DNA of 64,000 nucleotides from Minisyncoccia bacterium (GCA_044356725.1 JBIKVS010000002.1:1-64000); one strand, 5' to 3'; shown: positions 1 through 9,762, counted from the stretch's first letter. Notes: generated from the letters alone by a model not told the origin. Numbers and translations are program-made.

Positions 1-1313
1 CCTCCCCCTACTATCTTACCATCACTTTGGATAGCGAGGGTATTTACCCAATTATTAAACCCTGTGCCTATATTAAAGCTAGTATCTATACTGCCATTAC
101 TATTTAGCCTTACTATTCTATTAGCTGACACTCCTTGGTAAGTGGTAAATTGTCCACCCACTACTATCTTACCATCACTCTGGATAGCGAGGGTGCTGAC
201 AGTATTATTAAACCCTGTGCCTATATTAAAGCTAGTATCTATACTGCCATTACTATTTAGACGGATTATTCTATTAGCTGCAACTCCTTGGTAGCTGGTA
301 AACCATCCTCCCACCACTATCTTACCGTCTGTCTGGATAGCTAGGGTGTTGACACCATTATTAAACCCTGTGCCTATATTAAAGCTAGTATCTATTGTGC
401 CATCACTATTTAGCCTTACTATTCTATTGACTTCCGTACCGTTATAGCTGGTAAAACTTCCTACCACTACCATTTTACTATCACTTTGGATAGCGAGGGT
501 GCTGACAGTATTATTAAACCCTGTGCCTATATTAAAGCTAGTATCTATACTGCCATTACTATTTAGACGGATTATTCTATTAGCTGCAACTTCTTGGTAG
601 CTGGTAAACCATCCTCCCACCAATATCTTACCGTCTGTCTGGATAGCTAGGGTGTCAACATCAAAATCAAACCCTGTACCAGTGTTAAAACTGGGATCCC
701 TAGTCCCATCACTATTTAGACGAATTATTCTATTAGCTGCAACTCCTTGGTAGCTGGTAAACCATCCTCCCACCAATATCTTGCCATCACTTTGCTGCAA
801 TATTGTACTTACATTACTATCAAACCCAACAGGCACACCTGTATCAAAACTAGGGTCTTTAGCTCCTGCGAGTAATACGGGAAATAAGTTTACTCCTATT
901 TCTCTTTGTTCTGCATTATCTGACCAGACACTAATACTATTATTTTCTGGGTTTAAACCTATCTTATAATTATTCCCGATAGGATCTTTTGGTATACTTT
1001 TTATATAATTCGGGACTAGCATACTTAAATCTACACATTCCTCTGTTACCTCTCCTTCTGGACATATATCTTTATAGTTTCCTATTGGGATACCAGCTGG
1101 ATAGGCCCCAGAGTTTCTAACGGCATATAATTCAACTGCTTGTTGTATGTCTGAAATATCTTTTTGTCTATTAAGGTCTCTACTCTGACCTAGTTGTCTA
1201 TTAGGATTAATGGCTATCAAAGCTATTGTAGCTAATATGCCTATTAAAGTTATAGTTAATAGTATCTCTAAAAGGGTAAACCCTTTGTTTTGTATCTTGA
1301 TTCTATTATTCAT
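1..1313 (-). CDS. Type IV pilin N-terminal methylation domain fused to Delta-60 (DUF5122-like) beta-propeller repeats; runs off the window start
   Basis: Not in the ORF track; hand-translated from ATG at 1313: MNNRIKIQNKGFTLLEILLTITLIGILATIALIAINPNRQLGQSRD...ICPEGEVTEECVDLSMLVPNYIKSIPKDP, then 51-aa repeats GFNNxVxTLAIQxDGKIxVGGxFTxYxGxxxNRIxRLNSxGxxDxSF. Confidence 0.9.
   Translation of the reverse strand, partial: MNNRIKIQNKGFTLLEILLTITLIGILATIALIAINPNRQLGQSRDLNRQKDISDIQQAVELYAVRNSGAYPAGIPIGNYKDICPEGEVTEECVDLSMLVPNYIKSIPKDPIGNNYKIGLNPENNSISVWSDNAEQREIGVNLFPVLLAGAKDPSFDTGVPVGFDSNVSTILQQSDGKILVGGWFTSYQGVAANRIIRLNSDGTRDPSFNTGTGFDFDVDTLAIQTDGKILVGGWFTSYQEVAANRIIRLNSNGSIDTSFNIGTGFNNTVSTLAIQSDSKMVVVGSFTSYNGTEVNRIVRLNSDGTIDTSFNIGTGFNNGVNTLAIQTDGKIVVGGWFTSYQGVAANRIIRLNSNGSIDTSFNIGTGFNNTVSTLAIQSDGKIVVGGQFTTYQGVSANRIVRLNSNGSIDTSFNIGTGFNNWVNTLAIQSDGKIVGG
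11..860 (-). repeat. Coding tandem repeat with a 153-bp period (at least 5 units) and a near-identical segment at 306-bp offset
   Basis: ctatcttacc-like anchor recurs at about 11, 164, 317, 470, 623 and 776; 181-345 is nearly identical to 487-651. Confidence 0.9.
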
Positions 1314-1368
1314 ATGTATGAGTTTGTTATTAATACTTTTATTATAGATTATTTTATCTCTATTTAGT

Positions 1369-1416
1369 ATTATCACATGCTCCCCCCCCACCTGTCAAGT
1401 GTTGTTTTGTGGATAA
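1369..1416 (-). promoter_or_regulatory. Sigma70 promoter of the pilin gene with a G8 tract in the spacer and an upstream DnaA box
   Basis: TTGACA (1393-1398), 18-bp spacer containing 8 G (1382-1389), TGtGATAAT (-10 at 1369-1374); TTATCCACA at 1408-1416. Confidence 0.7.
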
Positions 1417-1441
1417 GTGTCGGATTGTAATATTATATGCC

Positions 1442-1476
1442 ATACACTACTTGCAAATAATTTGCAAGTAGTGTAT
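1442..1476. promoter_or_regulatory. Zur/Fur-family operator (perfect 17-1-17 palindrome)
   Basis: atacactacttgcaaat-a-atttgcaagtagtgtat ends 35 bp upstream of znuA; core TGCAAAT-A-ATTTGCA has the 7-1-7 Fur-family form. Confidence 0.75.
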
Positions 1477-1511
1477 ACTAGATTCATAAATTATAAGTTA
1501 ATATTTAAAAT

Positions 1512-2516
1512 ATGAAAATATCAAGACTATTTTTAATCGCTTTAATTATAGGCTTAGGAATTGGATCGGTACTATTAGCAAATAGACCAAATACTCAAAA
1601 TCCAACCGCTAGCACTGGTGAGAAAGAGGTGAAAAAACCAATCATAGTAACTACTCTCTTCCCATTCTATGACTTTACTAGTCAATTAGTAGGAGATAAG
1701 GCTGAGGTTTCATTATTATTACCCCCTGGTGTCGAACCACATTCTTTTGAGCCGACTCCTCAAGATATAATCAAAATTCAGGAAGCTGATATATTTATCT
1801 ACACTGGAGATATTATGGAGCCATGGGTTGCCAATATTGTAGCTAATATACCTGAATCAGTCAAAGTCATTAATGTAAGTGAAGATATCACTTTGATTGA
1901 AAGCACTGATGATCACTCTCATGAGAATGATGATGACCATAGTCACGGTCACGAAGATGAGAAAAAGGAAAAGAAATCTGACTCTAATCTAGATCCTCAC
2001 TTTTGGTTAGACTTTAGTAACTCTGTTATTGCTACTCAGACTATCTCGAAAGTAATATCTAGCTTAAATATAATAGACAATACAATCTTAGAGAACAATA
2101 CTAATGATGTCATTGCCTCATTAAATCAACTGGATACGGACTATAAATCTACCCTGGCTAAGTGTAAGAATAAAACTATTCTTCAAGCTGGACATAGAAC
2201 TTTTGAATATTTAGCTAATAGATATAATCTGGCATATATCACCACCGATGAATTAAGCCCTAATAGCGATACTTCTTCCAAAGATATAGCTAAATTAATT
2301 AGTGAAATTAGAAAAACTAAATCTACAACAATCTTCACTGAAGAATTAGTGGAACCTAGAATTGCTAATACTATTGCCTCTGAAACTGGAGCTTCAGTTC
2401 TAGAATTAAATGGGGCTCATAACATTAGTTCTGAACAGTTCAAATCCAAAATAAGTTTTGTAGATATTATGAGACAAAATTTAGAGAATTTAAGTATTGG
2501 CCTTGAGTGCAAATAA
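1512..2516 (+). CDS. znuA: Zn/Mn ABC transporter substrate-binding protein
   Basis: N-terminal anchor, EPHSFEP, His/Asp-rich loop, DPHFWLD, GHRTFEYL. Confidence 0.93.
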   Translation: MKISRLFLIALIIGLGIGSVLLANRPNTQNPTASTGEKEVKKPIIVTTLFPFYDFTSQLVGDKAEVSLLLPPGVEPHSFEPTPQDIIKIQEADIFIYTGDIMEPWVANIVANIPESVKVINVSEDITLIESTDDHSHENDDDHSHGHEDEKKEKKSDSNLDPHFWLDFSNSVIATQTISKVISSLNIIDNTILENNTNDVIASLNQLDTDYKSTLAKCKNKTILQAGHRTFEYLANRYNLAYITTDELSPNSDTSSKDIAKLISEIRKTKSTTIFTEELVEPRIANTIASETGASVLELNGAHNISSEQFKSKISFVDIMRQNLENLSIGLECK

Positions 2517-2536
2517 ATGCTATAATAATTTATAGT

Positions 2537-3286
2537 ATGAAAAATCCAATTATATCTATTCGGGACTTAGCTGTAGAGTTTAATAATATTAAAGTATTAG
2601 ACAATATTAATCTTGATATTTATCAAAATGATTTTATTGGTATTGCAGGACCCAATGGAGCTGGTAAATCTACTTTGATTAAGACTTTACTAAATCTGAA
2701 TAACTATACTGGTGAAATTAAACTTTGGGATACCCCTTTAAATAAATTCAAAAACTGGAATTATATAGGTTATTTACCTCAATCTTTAAACCAATATTCG
2801 CATCAATTCCCTGCTACGGTTGAGGAAATAGTATCTTTAGGCTTAATATCATCAATCAAATGGCCTCGTATCTTAGATTCAAAATCTATCAAAAGAGTAA
2901 ATGATATTCTGAATGAACTTGAAATTAATAATCTTGCTAAAACTTCAATTCATGATTTATCTGGAGGACAAAGACAAAGAGTCTGGTTAGCTAAAGCATT
3001 AGTTTCACAACCAAAAGTATTAATTCTGGACGAACCAACCAATGCTCTTGATCCCGAAATCAGAAAAGTATTTTATCAACAGATTACTACATTATATAAA
3101 AAAGGTGTAGCTATTATACTAATAACTCATGATACTAGTGACATAGGAACTTATGCTAGAAAACTACTCTTATTGGATAATAAAGTGATTTTTTGGGGTG
3201 AGTTTAGTGATATTTGCAACTCTAAGGAAATGAGTAATTATTTTGGAGAGGACGCCAAACATCTTATCTGTCATCAACATGAGTAA
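2537..3286 (+). CDS. znuC: Zn ABC transporter ATP-binding protein
   Basis: GPNGAGKST, LSGGQRQR, ILDEPT, ends ICHQHE; start moved to the ATG at 2537. Confidence 0.92.
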   Translation: MKNPIISIRDLAVEFNNIKVLDNINLDIYQNDFIGIAGPNGAGKSTLIKTLLNLNNYTGEIKLWDTPLNKFKNWNYIGYLPQSLNQYSHQFPATVEEIVSLGLISSIKWPRILDSKSIKRVNDILNELEINNLAKTSIHDLSGGQRQRVWLAKALVSQPKVLILDEPTNALDPEIRKVFYQQITTLYKKGVAIILITHDTSDIGTYARKLLLLDNKVIFWGEFSDICNSKEMSNYFGEDAKHLICHQHE

Positions 3287-4097
3287 TTTAATTAATATAT
3301 TACAATATCAATTTATTGAAAGAGCTATTATTGCTGGATTATTCCTAGGAGTTGTCTGTGCTGTGATGGGAGTGTTTCTAGTGTTAAGAAAAATGTCATT
3401 AATTGGAGATGGACTTGCTCATATTAGCTTTGGAGCTATTGCAATAGGGCTTGTATTTGGGTTTTATCCATTAATCATTGCTATTCCCTTAGTCATTATA
3501 GCCTCTTTGATAATATATGCACTAACTCGCAATCATATAATCGAGGGAGATGCCATTATTGGGATCCTAGCCTCTTTGGGTCTTGCTATAGGAGTAATTT
3601 TATCTAGTATTTCAACAGGATTTAATGTAGATATATTTAGCTATTTATTTGGGAATATATTAGCAATTACACAGCAAGAGCTAAGTTTTGTAATTATAGG
3701 ATCTATTGCTATATTATCTATAATCATACTGTTTTATCAAGAATTTATGGCAATATCATTTAACCCTGAACAAGCCAAAATCAGTGGGATTCCTGTCACT
3801 ATATTGGATATTTTATTCTCCATAATCACAGCCATCACTGTTATTATGAGTGTAAAATTAGCAGGGGCTTTGTTAGTCTCAGCCTTGATTATATTACCAG
3901 CCAGTTCCAGCTTACAAGTTTCAAAAAGCTTTCAAAATACAATTCTTTTTGCCATTCTATTTGCATTGATTAGCATCATAATTGGTATAGTTATATCCCT
4001 AATCATTAATATACCAACTGGAGCTACAATTGTTACTGTCAATGCTACAATTTTCTTTTGTATACTTTTAATAAAGTTACTAAAATCTAACCAATAG
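3279..4097 (+). CDS. znuB: Zn ABC transporter permease
   Basis: ABC-3 motifs GDGLAH and SYLFGNILAI; multiple TM helices; ATG at 3279. Confidence 0.92.
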   Translation: MSNLINILQYQFIERAIIAGLFLGVVCAVMGVFLVLRKMSLIGDGLAHISFGAIAIGLVFGFYPLIIAIPLVIIASLIIYALTRNHIIEGDAIIGILASLGLAIGVILSSISTGFNVDIFSYLFGNILAITQQELSFVIIGSIAILSIIILFYQEFMAISFNPEQAKISGIPVTILDILFSIITAITVIMSVKLAGALLVSALIILPASSSLQVSKSFQNTILFAILFALISIIIGIVISLIINIPTGATIVTVNATIFFCILLIKLLKSNQ

Positions 4098-5232
4098 GAA
4101 TATGCAGGGTAAACATAGTGCCCTCCCCCTCTTTTGATTGTACCTGAATAGTTCCATTATGTAACTCTATAATAGCCTTTGTCAAAGTTAACCCAAGCCC
4201 CCTACCACCAGTATGTTTTGATCTAGAAGAGTCAACTCTATAAAATTTATCAAAAATCCTGTGAATCAAATGTTCAGGAATTCCAATACCATTATCTCTA
4301 ATATACATTGTAAAAAACTTTTTATGGATTTTCGTCTCAACTTCAATGTCACTACCGTCTGTAGAGTATTTAATAGCATTCTCTATAATATTCTCTACCG
4401 CTTGAGTAATTAGAATTGGCACTAGCTCTATTTTTTTATCCAAATTCTTACCTTTGAGTACAATATTTATATTTTTTTGTTTAGCTTTAGCGTTAATATT
4501 ATTTAGAATAGTATCTAAAATAGATTGTATACTTACAGATTCAAACTGTAAATGCTCTTTAGATAAAGATAAAAGAGATAAATCATTAATTAAATCATTC
4601 AAATAGTCAACTTTACTCTGAATCTCTTGCAATAATTTTATATTTTCTTTAGCTAACTTATTATCAGTTAAAATCAAATCTGTCTTTGCCATTATAACTG
4701 AAAGTGGGGTTTTGAGCTCATGAGAGGCATATTCTATAAACTCTCTTTGAGAACGAAAACTTTTACCTAATCTTAAAAGCATTTCATTAATAGAAGATAT
4801 CAACTCTTGTAGCTCCTCATCAATATGGGGATATGATATTTTCTCCATTGACTCTGCCTGTATCGCTTTAATCTGTTTATTAATATCTTTAATCGGACTT
4901 AGAACTTGAGCCGAAATAGCATTACCACCCACCAAAGATAATGCCACCAAAATAGCAAAAATAAAAAATGAACTTCTCCTAATTGTAGATAAATCACTTT
5001 GTCTAATATCCCGAATAACTTCAATAAATTTATCATGAGGAAAAGAAGCATCTCTTAATTCAGAAAAAACCGTACTATACCGAGACAATCCATCTAAACC
5101 TAGCTCGGTTCTCTCATAATATCTAACTGCCAACACATTAACTGTAATAATTATAATCAAACTCAATAACACAAAAAGCCCTGTATAATACAGAGTTAAT
5201 CTAAATTGTAAAGTATGAATATACTTGAACAT
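4087..5232 (-). CDS. HAMP-containing sensor histidine kinase
   Basis: Two TM helices, ASHELKTPL H-box, NAIKYS, DNGIGI, GRGLGL. Confidence 0.93.
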   Translation of the reverse strand: MFKYIHTLQFRLTLYYTGLFVLLSLIIIITVNVLAVRYYERTELGLDGLSRYSTVFSELRDASFPHDKFIEVIRDIRQSDLSTIRRSSFFIFAILVALSLVGGNAISAQVLSPIKDINKQIKAIQAESMEKISYPHIDEELQELISSINEMLLRLGKSFRSQREFIEYASHELKTPLSVIMAKTDLILTDNKLAKENIKLLQEIQSKVDYLNDLINDLSLLSLSKEHLQFESVSIQSILDTILNNINAKAKQKNINIVLKGKNLDKKIELVPILITQAVENIIENAIKYSTDGSDIEVETKIHKKFFTMYIRDNGIGIPEHLIHRIFDKFYRVDSSRSKHTGGRGLGLTLTKAIIELHNGTIQVQSKEGEGTMFTLHIPIG

Positions 5233-5250
5233 ATATGAAAATTATAACAT

Positions 5251-5285
5251 AGAAAATAGAGAAAGATATACTTTCTCTATTTTCT
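5251..5285. terminator. Perfect 15-bp inverted repeat, terminator-like
   Basis: agaaaatagagaaag-atata-ctttctctattttct. Confidence 0.55.
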
Positions 5286-5388
5286 GCTCCCCACTAAGGA
5301 GAGTATTTATCTTATATTTAAGACATTGGATTAATTACTATGTGTAGAAAAGGAGCTATATTGTTGGCCTCAGATTAATTTTTGTAAG

Positions 5389-5559
5389 TTATGTCCATTG
5401 CGGACTAGGTTTGCCTTTCCAAAATTTCATAGTTCCATCTTTCTTGTGATGAATAATATGCTGCCCTATAATATGCTTTTGATTACTGAAAATACTTCTA
5501 CTATGAGCCTCCCCGAGTACCCTCATTTTACTTTGGACAAAATGTTTCTGGTATCTCAT
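5389..5559 (-). CDS. Putative 56-aa basic, His-rich small protein
   Basis: Hand-translated MRYQKHFVQSKMRVLGEAHSRSIFSNQKHIIGQHIIHHKKDGTMKFWKGKPSPQWT; promoter-like elements upstream. Confidence 0.45.
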   Translation of the reverse strand: MRYQKHFVQSKMRVLGEAHSRSIFSNQKHIIGQHIIHHKKDGTMKFWKGKPSPQWT

Positions 5560-5624
5560 ATTGTTGTCTCTTAGTTAATACAGAATCATTTAATTGATTC
5601 TATATACACTATAGATAATGATTG

Positions 5625-5641
5625 GTGAAGTTAATGTGAAG
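5625..5641 (-). promoter_or_regulatory. OmpR/PhoB-type direct-repeat box
   Basis: CTTCAC-attaa-CTTCAC with 11-bp period, followed about 11 bp later by TATAGT. Confidence 0.55.
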
Positions 5642-5645
5642 ATAT

Positions 5646-6305
5646 CTATAATATGCCATATCCTTTGCCTTTGACAGTTTTTATAATAGTTTTATTAGGG
5701 TCTATCTTTTTACGAAGAGTCTTAATGTGAGTTTTAACCGTATCAGAGAACATATCCACCGAATCATCCCAAACATGCTCTAAGAGTTCTTCAGCTGGGA
5801 TAATGCGATTTTTGTTACGAATTAAATATTCCAATAATCGCATCTCTTTAGTGGATAATTCAATCACCTTATCTGACTGAACCACTCTATTTTGAGTGGG
5901 AATAATTTCATAATCCTCTAGATACAGGCTATGATTTTTATTATATGAAAATCTCCTAATTACAGCCTCAATACGAGCTACCACCTCCGCTAAATGAAAT
6001 GGTTTTGTAATATAATCATCGGCTCCATGCTTAAATCCATCTAACTTATCGTAAATCTGCGAACGAGCCGTAAGCATAATAATTGGCACAATATTACCCA
6101 ATTCTCTAATATCATGAATAATCTCCATCCCGTCCTTACCTGGAAGATTAAGGTCTAGAATACAACAATCATATTGATTTAATTTTAAAGCCGAAAATCC
6201 AGAAGTACCATCATACCTTACATCAACCGCAAAACCTTTTTTTTCAAGATAAATTTTTATAGTATCGGCAATATCAGCTTCATCTTCTATGATAAGTATT
6301 CTCAT
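5646..6305 (-). CDS. OmpR-family response regulator
   Basis: MRILIIEDE, LDLNLP, GADDYITKPF, winged helix ending TVKGKGY. Confidence 0.95.
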   Translation of the reverse strand: MRILIIEDEADIADTIKIYLEKKGFAVDVRYDGTSGFSALKLNQYDCCILDLNLPGKDGMEIIHDIRELGNIVPIIMLTARSQIYDKLDGFKHGADDYITKPFHLAEVVARIEAVIRRFSYNKNHSLYLEDYEIIPTQNRVVQSDKVIELSTKEMRLLEYLIRNKNRIIPAEELLEHVWDDSVDMFSDTVKTHIKTLRKKIDPNKTIIKTVKGKGYGIL

Positions 6306-6308
6306 AAG

Positions 6309-6698
6309 TTAGTCCTCGTAATTATCAAAATCTTCATCCACATCATCCTCTTCATTAGATTCATCTGCTTCCTGTACTGAACCTGGTTCATATTCTGGAG
6401 GAGCATAAATAGTATATAATTTAAGCTCTCCCTCAGAATCATTAATAATATTATGCTTCACTCCAGCTGGAGCAAAAATCAAATCTCCAACTTCAATCGG
6501 ACCATCATCACCCGGCATTTCTAATCTGCCAGCACCATCCACTACCACTGTGATCTGATCTACTTCACCATAAACTTCCTCGCCAACATCATCCCCTGGT
6601 TGTAAATTCATCAAAACTAACTGACTGTCCGCCCCAGTCGCAATAACCTTACGATAATCTGTATTAGCTTGAGTTTGAGTTATAATGTCAATTTTCAT
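6309..6698 (-). CDS. Cupin-domain protein with acidic tail
   Basis: SQLVLMNLQPGDDVGEEV...PAGVKHNIIN...LKLYTIYAPP. Confidence 0.85.
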   Translation of the reverse strand: MKIDIITQTQANTDYRKVIATGADSQLVLMNLQPGDDVGEEVYGEVDQITVVVDGAGRLEMPGDDGPIEVGDLIFAPAGVKHNIINDSEGELKLYTIYAPPEYEPGSVQEADESNEEDDVDEDFDNYED

Positions 6699-6790
6699 AT
6701 TGTATAGCATTAATTATATAAATATACCATAACATATTTTAAGCCAAATCTCAATTTTTTTATAATAGGGCTGAATGAAAATATACTTCT

Positions 6791-6975
6791 CCCTTCCATC
6801 CCTACGGAGGCTATCTCCACAAGGGAGATAAAAATTTCAACTAAATTGTCCTCCTTTGGAGGAGGTGGCACGAAGTGCCGGTGGTGGACTTAAGGCTACT
6901 GAAAGGGCTACCTAATAAATGGAGGTATAAACCCTCAGCTACGAAATTCATAATCCATCATTCATAATTATAATA
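6791..6975. repeat. Intergenic REP-like hairpin mosaic A
   Basis: ttgtcctcctttggaggaggtggcacgaagtgccggtggtggact (6846-6890) matches 55397-55441 and the reverse complement of 22678-22720; cataatt-type heptamers at 6945-6975. Confidence 0.85.
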
Positions 6976-6977
6976 AC

Positions 6978-7724
6978 CTAACTTAATAAACTTGGAATTT
7001 GGTTGATATCTAGTGATGCTCCGCCGATTAGAAATCCCGAAATTGAGTTGATAGTTTTTAATTCTTCTATGTTATCTTTATTAACACTACCTCCATATAA
7101 AATTTTAACTGTTATATTTGCTTCTGTAGGGACTATATCTTGGAAAGTTTTTTTAATAAATATGCTAACCATTTCTATATTATCTAGACTTGGTATTATA
7201 CCACTGCCAATAGCCCAAATTGGCTCATAGGCTATTAGAATATGTTTGTTAGCTAATAAATCTTTATTTGGGGAAATAATATCGTATAATTCTTGCTTGA
7301 TTAGATCTATATTTATTTCGTTAGTTTGAGGCTTTGATTCATAACCTAGACAAAGAATAGGAGTTAGATTATATGTGAGTGCTTGCTGTAATTTATTCGC
7401 TATATCTTGGCTTGTATATTGTTGGTATTTTCTAGTTTCTGAGTGTCCTATGAGTGCATATTCAACACCTAAGTTACTTATCATTTCAGCAGATAATTGT
7501 CCTGTATAAGCTCCTTTGGAGGCACTGGAGATGTCTTGTATTCCTAGTGAAGCAAATATATTAGATTGTTTTTGCTGTAATAAGTTCATATAGACGCTAG
7601 GTGGCAAGATTATAAGCTCGGATCTACCTACGGCTACAGACTCAGACTCAAGCACTTCTATAATTTTATTCACTTCATCTATTGAGCTAGGATTCATTTT
7701 CCAATTAAAGACTATTGTTTTCAT
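6978..7724 (-). CDS. tpiA: Triosephosphate isomerase
   Basis: NWKMN, IGHSE, AYEPIWAIG, YGGSV, IGGASL. Confidence 0.97.
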   Translation of the reverse strand: MKTIVFNWKMNPSSIDEVNKIIEVLESESVAVGRSELIILPPSVYMNLLQQKQSNIFASLGIQDISSASKGAYTGQLSAEMISNLGVEYALIGHSETRKYQQYTSQDIANKLQQALTYNLTPILCLGYESKPQTNEINIDLIKQELYDIISPNKDLLANKHILIAYEPIWAIGSGIIPSLDNIEMVSIFIKKTFQDIVPTEANITVKILYGGSVNKDNIEELKTINSISGFLIGGASLDINQIPSLLS

Positions 7725-8623
7725 ATTATTTTAGTATAAACTGCAACTAATAATAGTATACCAAGAATTAGACGATATGCAACAAACACTTTAAATGATT
7801 GTTTTTGAATAATTTTATATAGTATATGAATGGTAAAATAAGTTACTATACCAGAGGTAATAAACGCTACTAAACTAGCAAATGAGTAGCTATATGTGGT
7901 TATAAAATCTGGCAGGGTAGCAATAGTGGCTAAAAATATAACCGGAGCTCCCAAGAGAAAAGCAAAAGCTGCACTATCTTTACGATTTAGCCCCACAAAT
8001 AAAGCTCCTGTCATTACCGAACCTGTTCTAGAAAAGCCTGGGATAAATGATAGTACCTGAAAAAATCCAATTACTAATACCTTAAAAGGATTGATATTAC
8101 TTATAGATTTAGTACGGTTACCAACTTTATCTGATATACCTAGCAATACGCCTCCAATAATCAAAGCTATAGCTATAATTAGAGGTGTACGAGCATTATT
8201 CTCAATCCAATCTTTACTAAAATATCCGATTAATAATGCTGGTATAGTGGCTATTATCAAAAATAATGATACCTTGAATGAATGTAGAGAATCTTGATAG
8301 AATTTAGTCTCTTTGGAATAAGCAGTTTCTATTTTGTTAAATCTAGGTACATATTGTTTAATGTGAGGTCTAGTGGATAGCCATACACTGCCTTTGATTT
8401 TAAAAAAGTTGAGCACTCCGACTATTAAGTCAATCCATATGTCCCAAAAATATATTATAATAGCTATCAAACTACCAAAATTCATCATTACATCAAATGA
8501 CAAACTAACTTCTTGTATATTCATTACTTTTTGAGCCAAAATCAAATGAGCGGTACTAGATATTGGTAGTACTTCAGTTATACCTTGTACTAGACCTAGA
8601 ATAAAACCTTCTAAAATAGTCAT
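7721..8623 (-). CDS. uppP: Undecaprenyl-diphosphatase
   Basis: GLVQGITEVLPISSTAH, PGFSRTG. Confidence 0.93.
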   Translation of the reverse strand: MTILEGFILGLVQGITEVLPISSTAHLILAQKVMNIQEVSLSFDVMMNFGSLIAIIIYFWDIWIDLIVGVLNFFKIKGSVWLSTRPHIKQYVPRFNKIETAYSKETKFYQDSLHSFKVSLFLIIATIPALLIGYFSKDWIENNARTPLIIAIALIIGGVLLGISDKVGNRTKSISNINPFKVLVIGFFQVLSFIPGFSRTGSVMTGALFVGLNRKDSAAFAFLLGAPVIFLATIATLPDFITTYSYSFASLVAFITSGIVTYFTIHILYKIIQKQSFKVFVAYRLILGILLLVAVYTKII

Positions 8624-9078
8624 ATTTTATCTAAATATATTTCTACCTCCTCCCATGTTTCAAATTTATGAGCATTGATACCATTCTCTTGAAATAAATC
8701 TATGGTCTCTTGAGTATCATCTAAGAATACATCTATATCTAAATCTTGAGCTAATTTTAACTTTCTATCTGAAAAACCTTTTTTAAGTCCGACACAATAC
8801 AGATTATCATACTTAATATTGGCTATGTTTTTGAGCCAATATGCTGTATAAGGTTGCATTGCTTCTGGTCTCGCTGTGATTATAGATATTTTATGCTTAG
8901 AGGCAATTTGACGAGCAATTTCTATATTATCTTGCAATGGTTGAGTTAATGTCCAATTTTCAATAACTTGAGGTAAATATTTTTGAAACAAAGCAAATAA
9001 ACCTCTAACTCCTAATCTAGAAACATGAGTATAGTCTCTTTTAGTCAGTACTCCATCAATGTCATAGCCTATATGCAT
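8620..9078 (-). CDS. HAD-family 5'(3')-nucleotidase-like hydrolase
   Basis: YDIDGVL, ITAR, FLDD. Confidence 0.8.
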   Translation of the reverse strand: MHIGYDIDGVLTKRDYTHVSRLGVRGLFALFQKYLPQVIENWTLTQPLQDNIEIARQIASKHKISIITARPEAMQPYTAYWLKNIANIKYDNLYCVGLKKGFSDRKLKLAQDLDIDVFLDDTQETIDLFQENGINAHKFETWEEVEIYLDKI

Positions 9079-9081
9079 AGC

Positions 9082-9762
9082 TTAAATTTTATCTAGAGCT
9101 TTCTTGGCAGCATCTTGTTCAGCTTTTTGCTTAGAGCTACCTCTACCAGTAGCATATTCTTTTACACCTATGTAAACCATCACCTCAAATATTTTATTAT
9201 GATCAGGTCCTTCTTCTGAAATAACCTTATAATGTGGGGTAATATTAAACTTTTCTTGAGATTTTTCTTGTAAGAGACTTTTTGCATCTATAAATGATTG
9301 TTCCGCAATAATGGTATCTAAGTCTGGAATGATAAAGTATTCGATAAATTTTTGAGCTACTTCATAACCTCCATCTAGTCTTAACGCTGCTATCATTGCT
9401 TCTATAGCATTAGCTGTAATATAGGCTTTAGCTGTATCATCATTTTTTTCTCCTTTAGATATATTTAGATACTGGTCTAGCTGAATTTTATCTGCTACTT
9501 GAGCCAAATGAGCTCCTCTTACTAAAGCTGCTCTTAAGTTTGTTAATTCTCCTTCATTTTTATCAGTATAATGATGAAAAAGATAAGCAGTAACTACATC
9601 TTCCAAGACTGCATCTCCATAAAATTCCAACCTTTCATTATGTCCCAAAGTAAATTGAGGATTCTCATTCAAAAAAGATCGGTGTGTTAGAGCTTGTCTT
9701 AATAAATCAATATTTTTAAATGTATATCCTATTTTGTCTTGCAAGTCACTCAATGCAATCAT
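9082..9762 (-). CDS. rnc: Ribonuclease III
   Basis: [13 protein letters not shown] signature and dsRBD. Confidence 0.97.
   Translation of the reverse strand: MIALSDLQDKIGYTFKNIDLLRQALTHRSFLNENPQFTLGHNERLEFYGDAVLEDVVTAYLFHHYTDKNEGELTNLRAALVRGAHLAQVADKIQLDQYLNISKGEKNDDTAKAYITANAIEAMIAALRLDGGYEVAQKFIEYFIIPDLDTIIAEQSFIDAKSLLQEKSQEKFNITPHYKVISEEGPDHNKIFEVMVYIGVKEYATGRGSSKQKAEQDAAKKALDKI

Noticed and set aside
1-860. Diversity-generating retroelement TR/VR pair or CRISPR
   Set aside because: The repeats are in-frame protein repeats within one gene, differences between copies are few, and no reverse transcriptase is in the window
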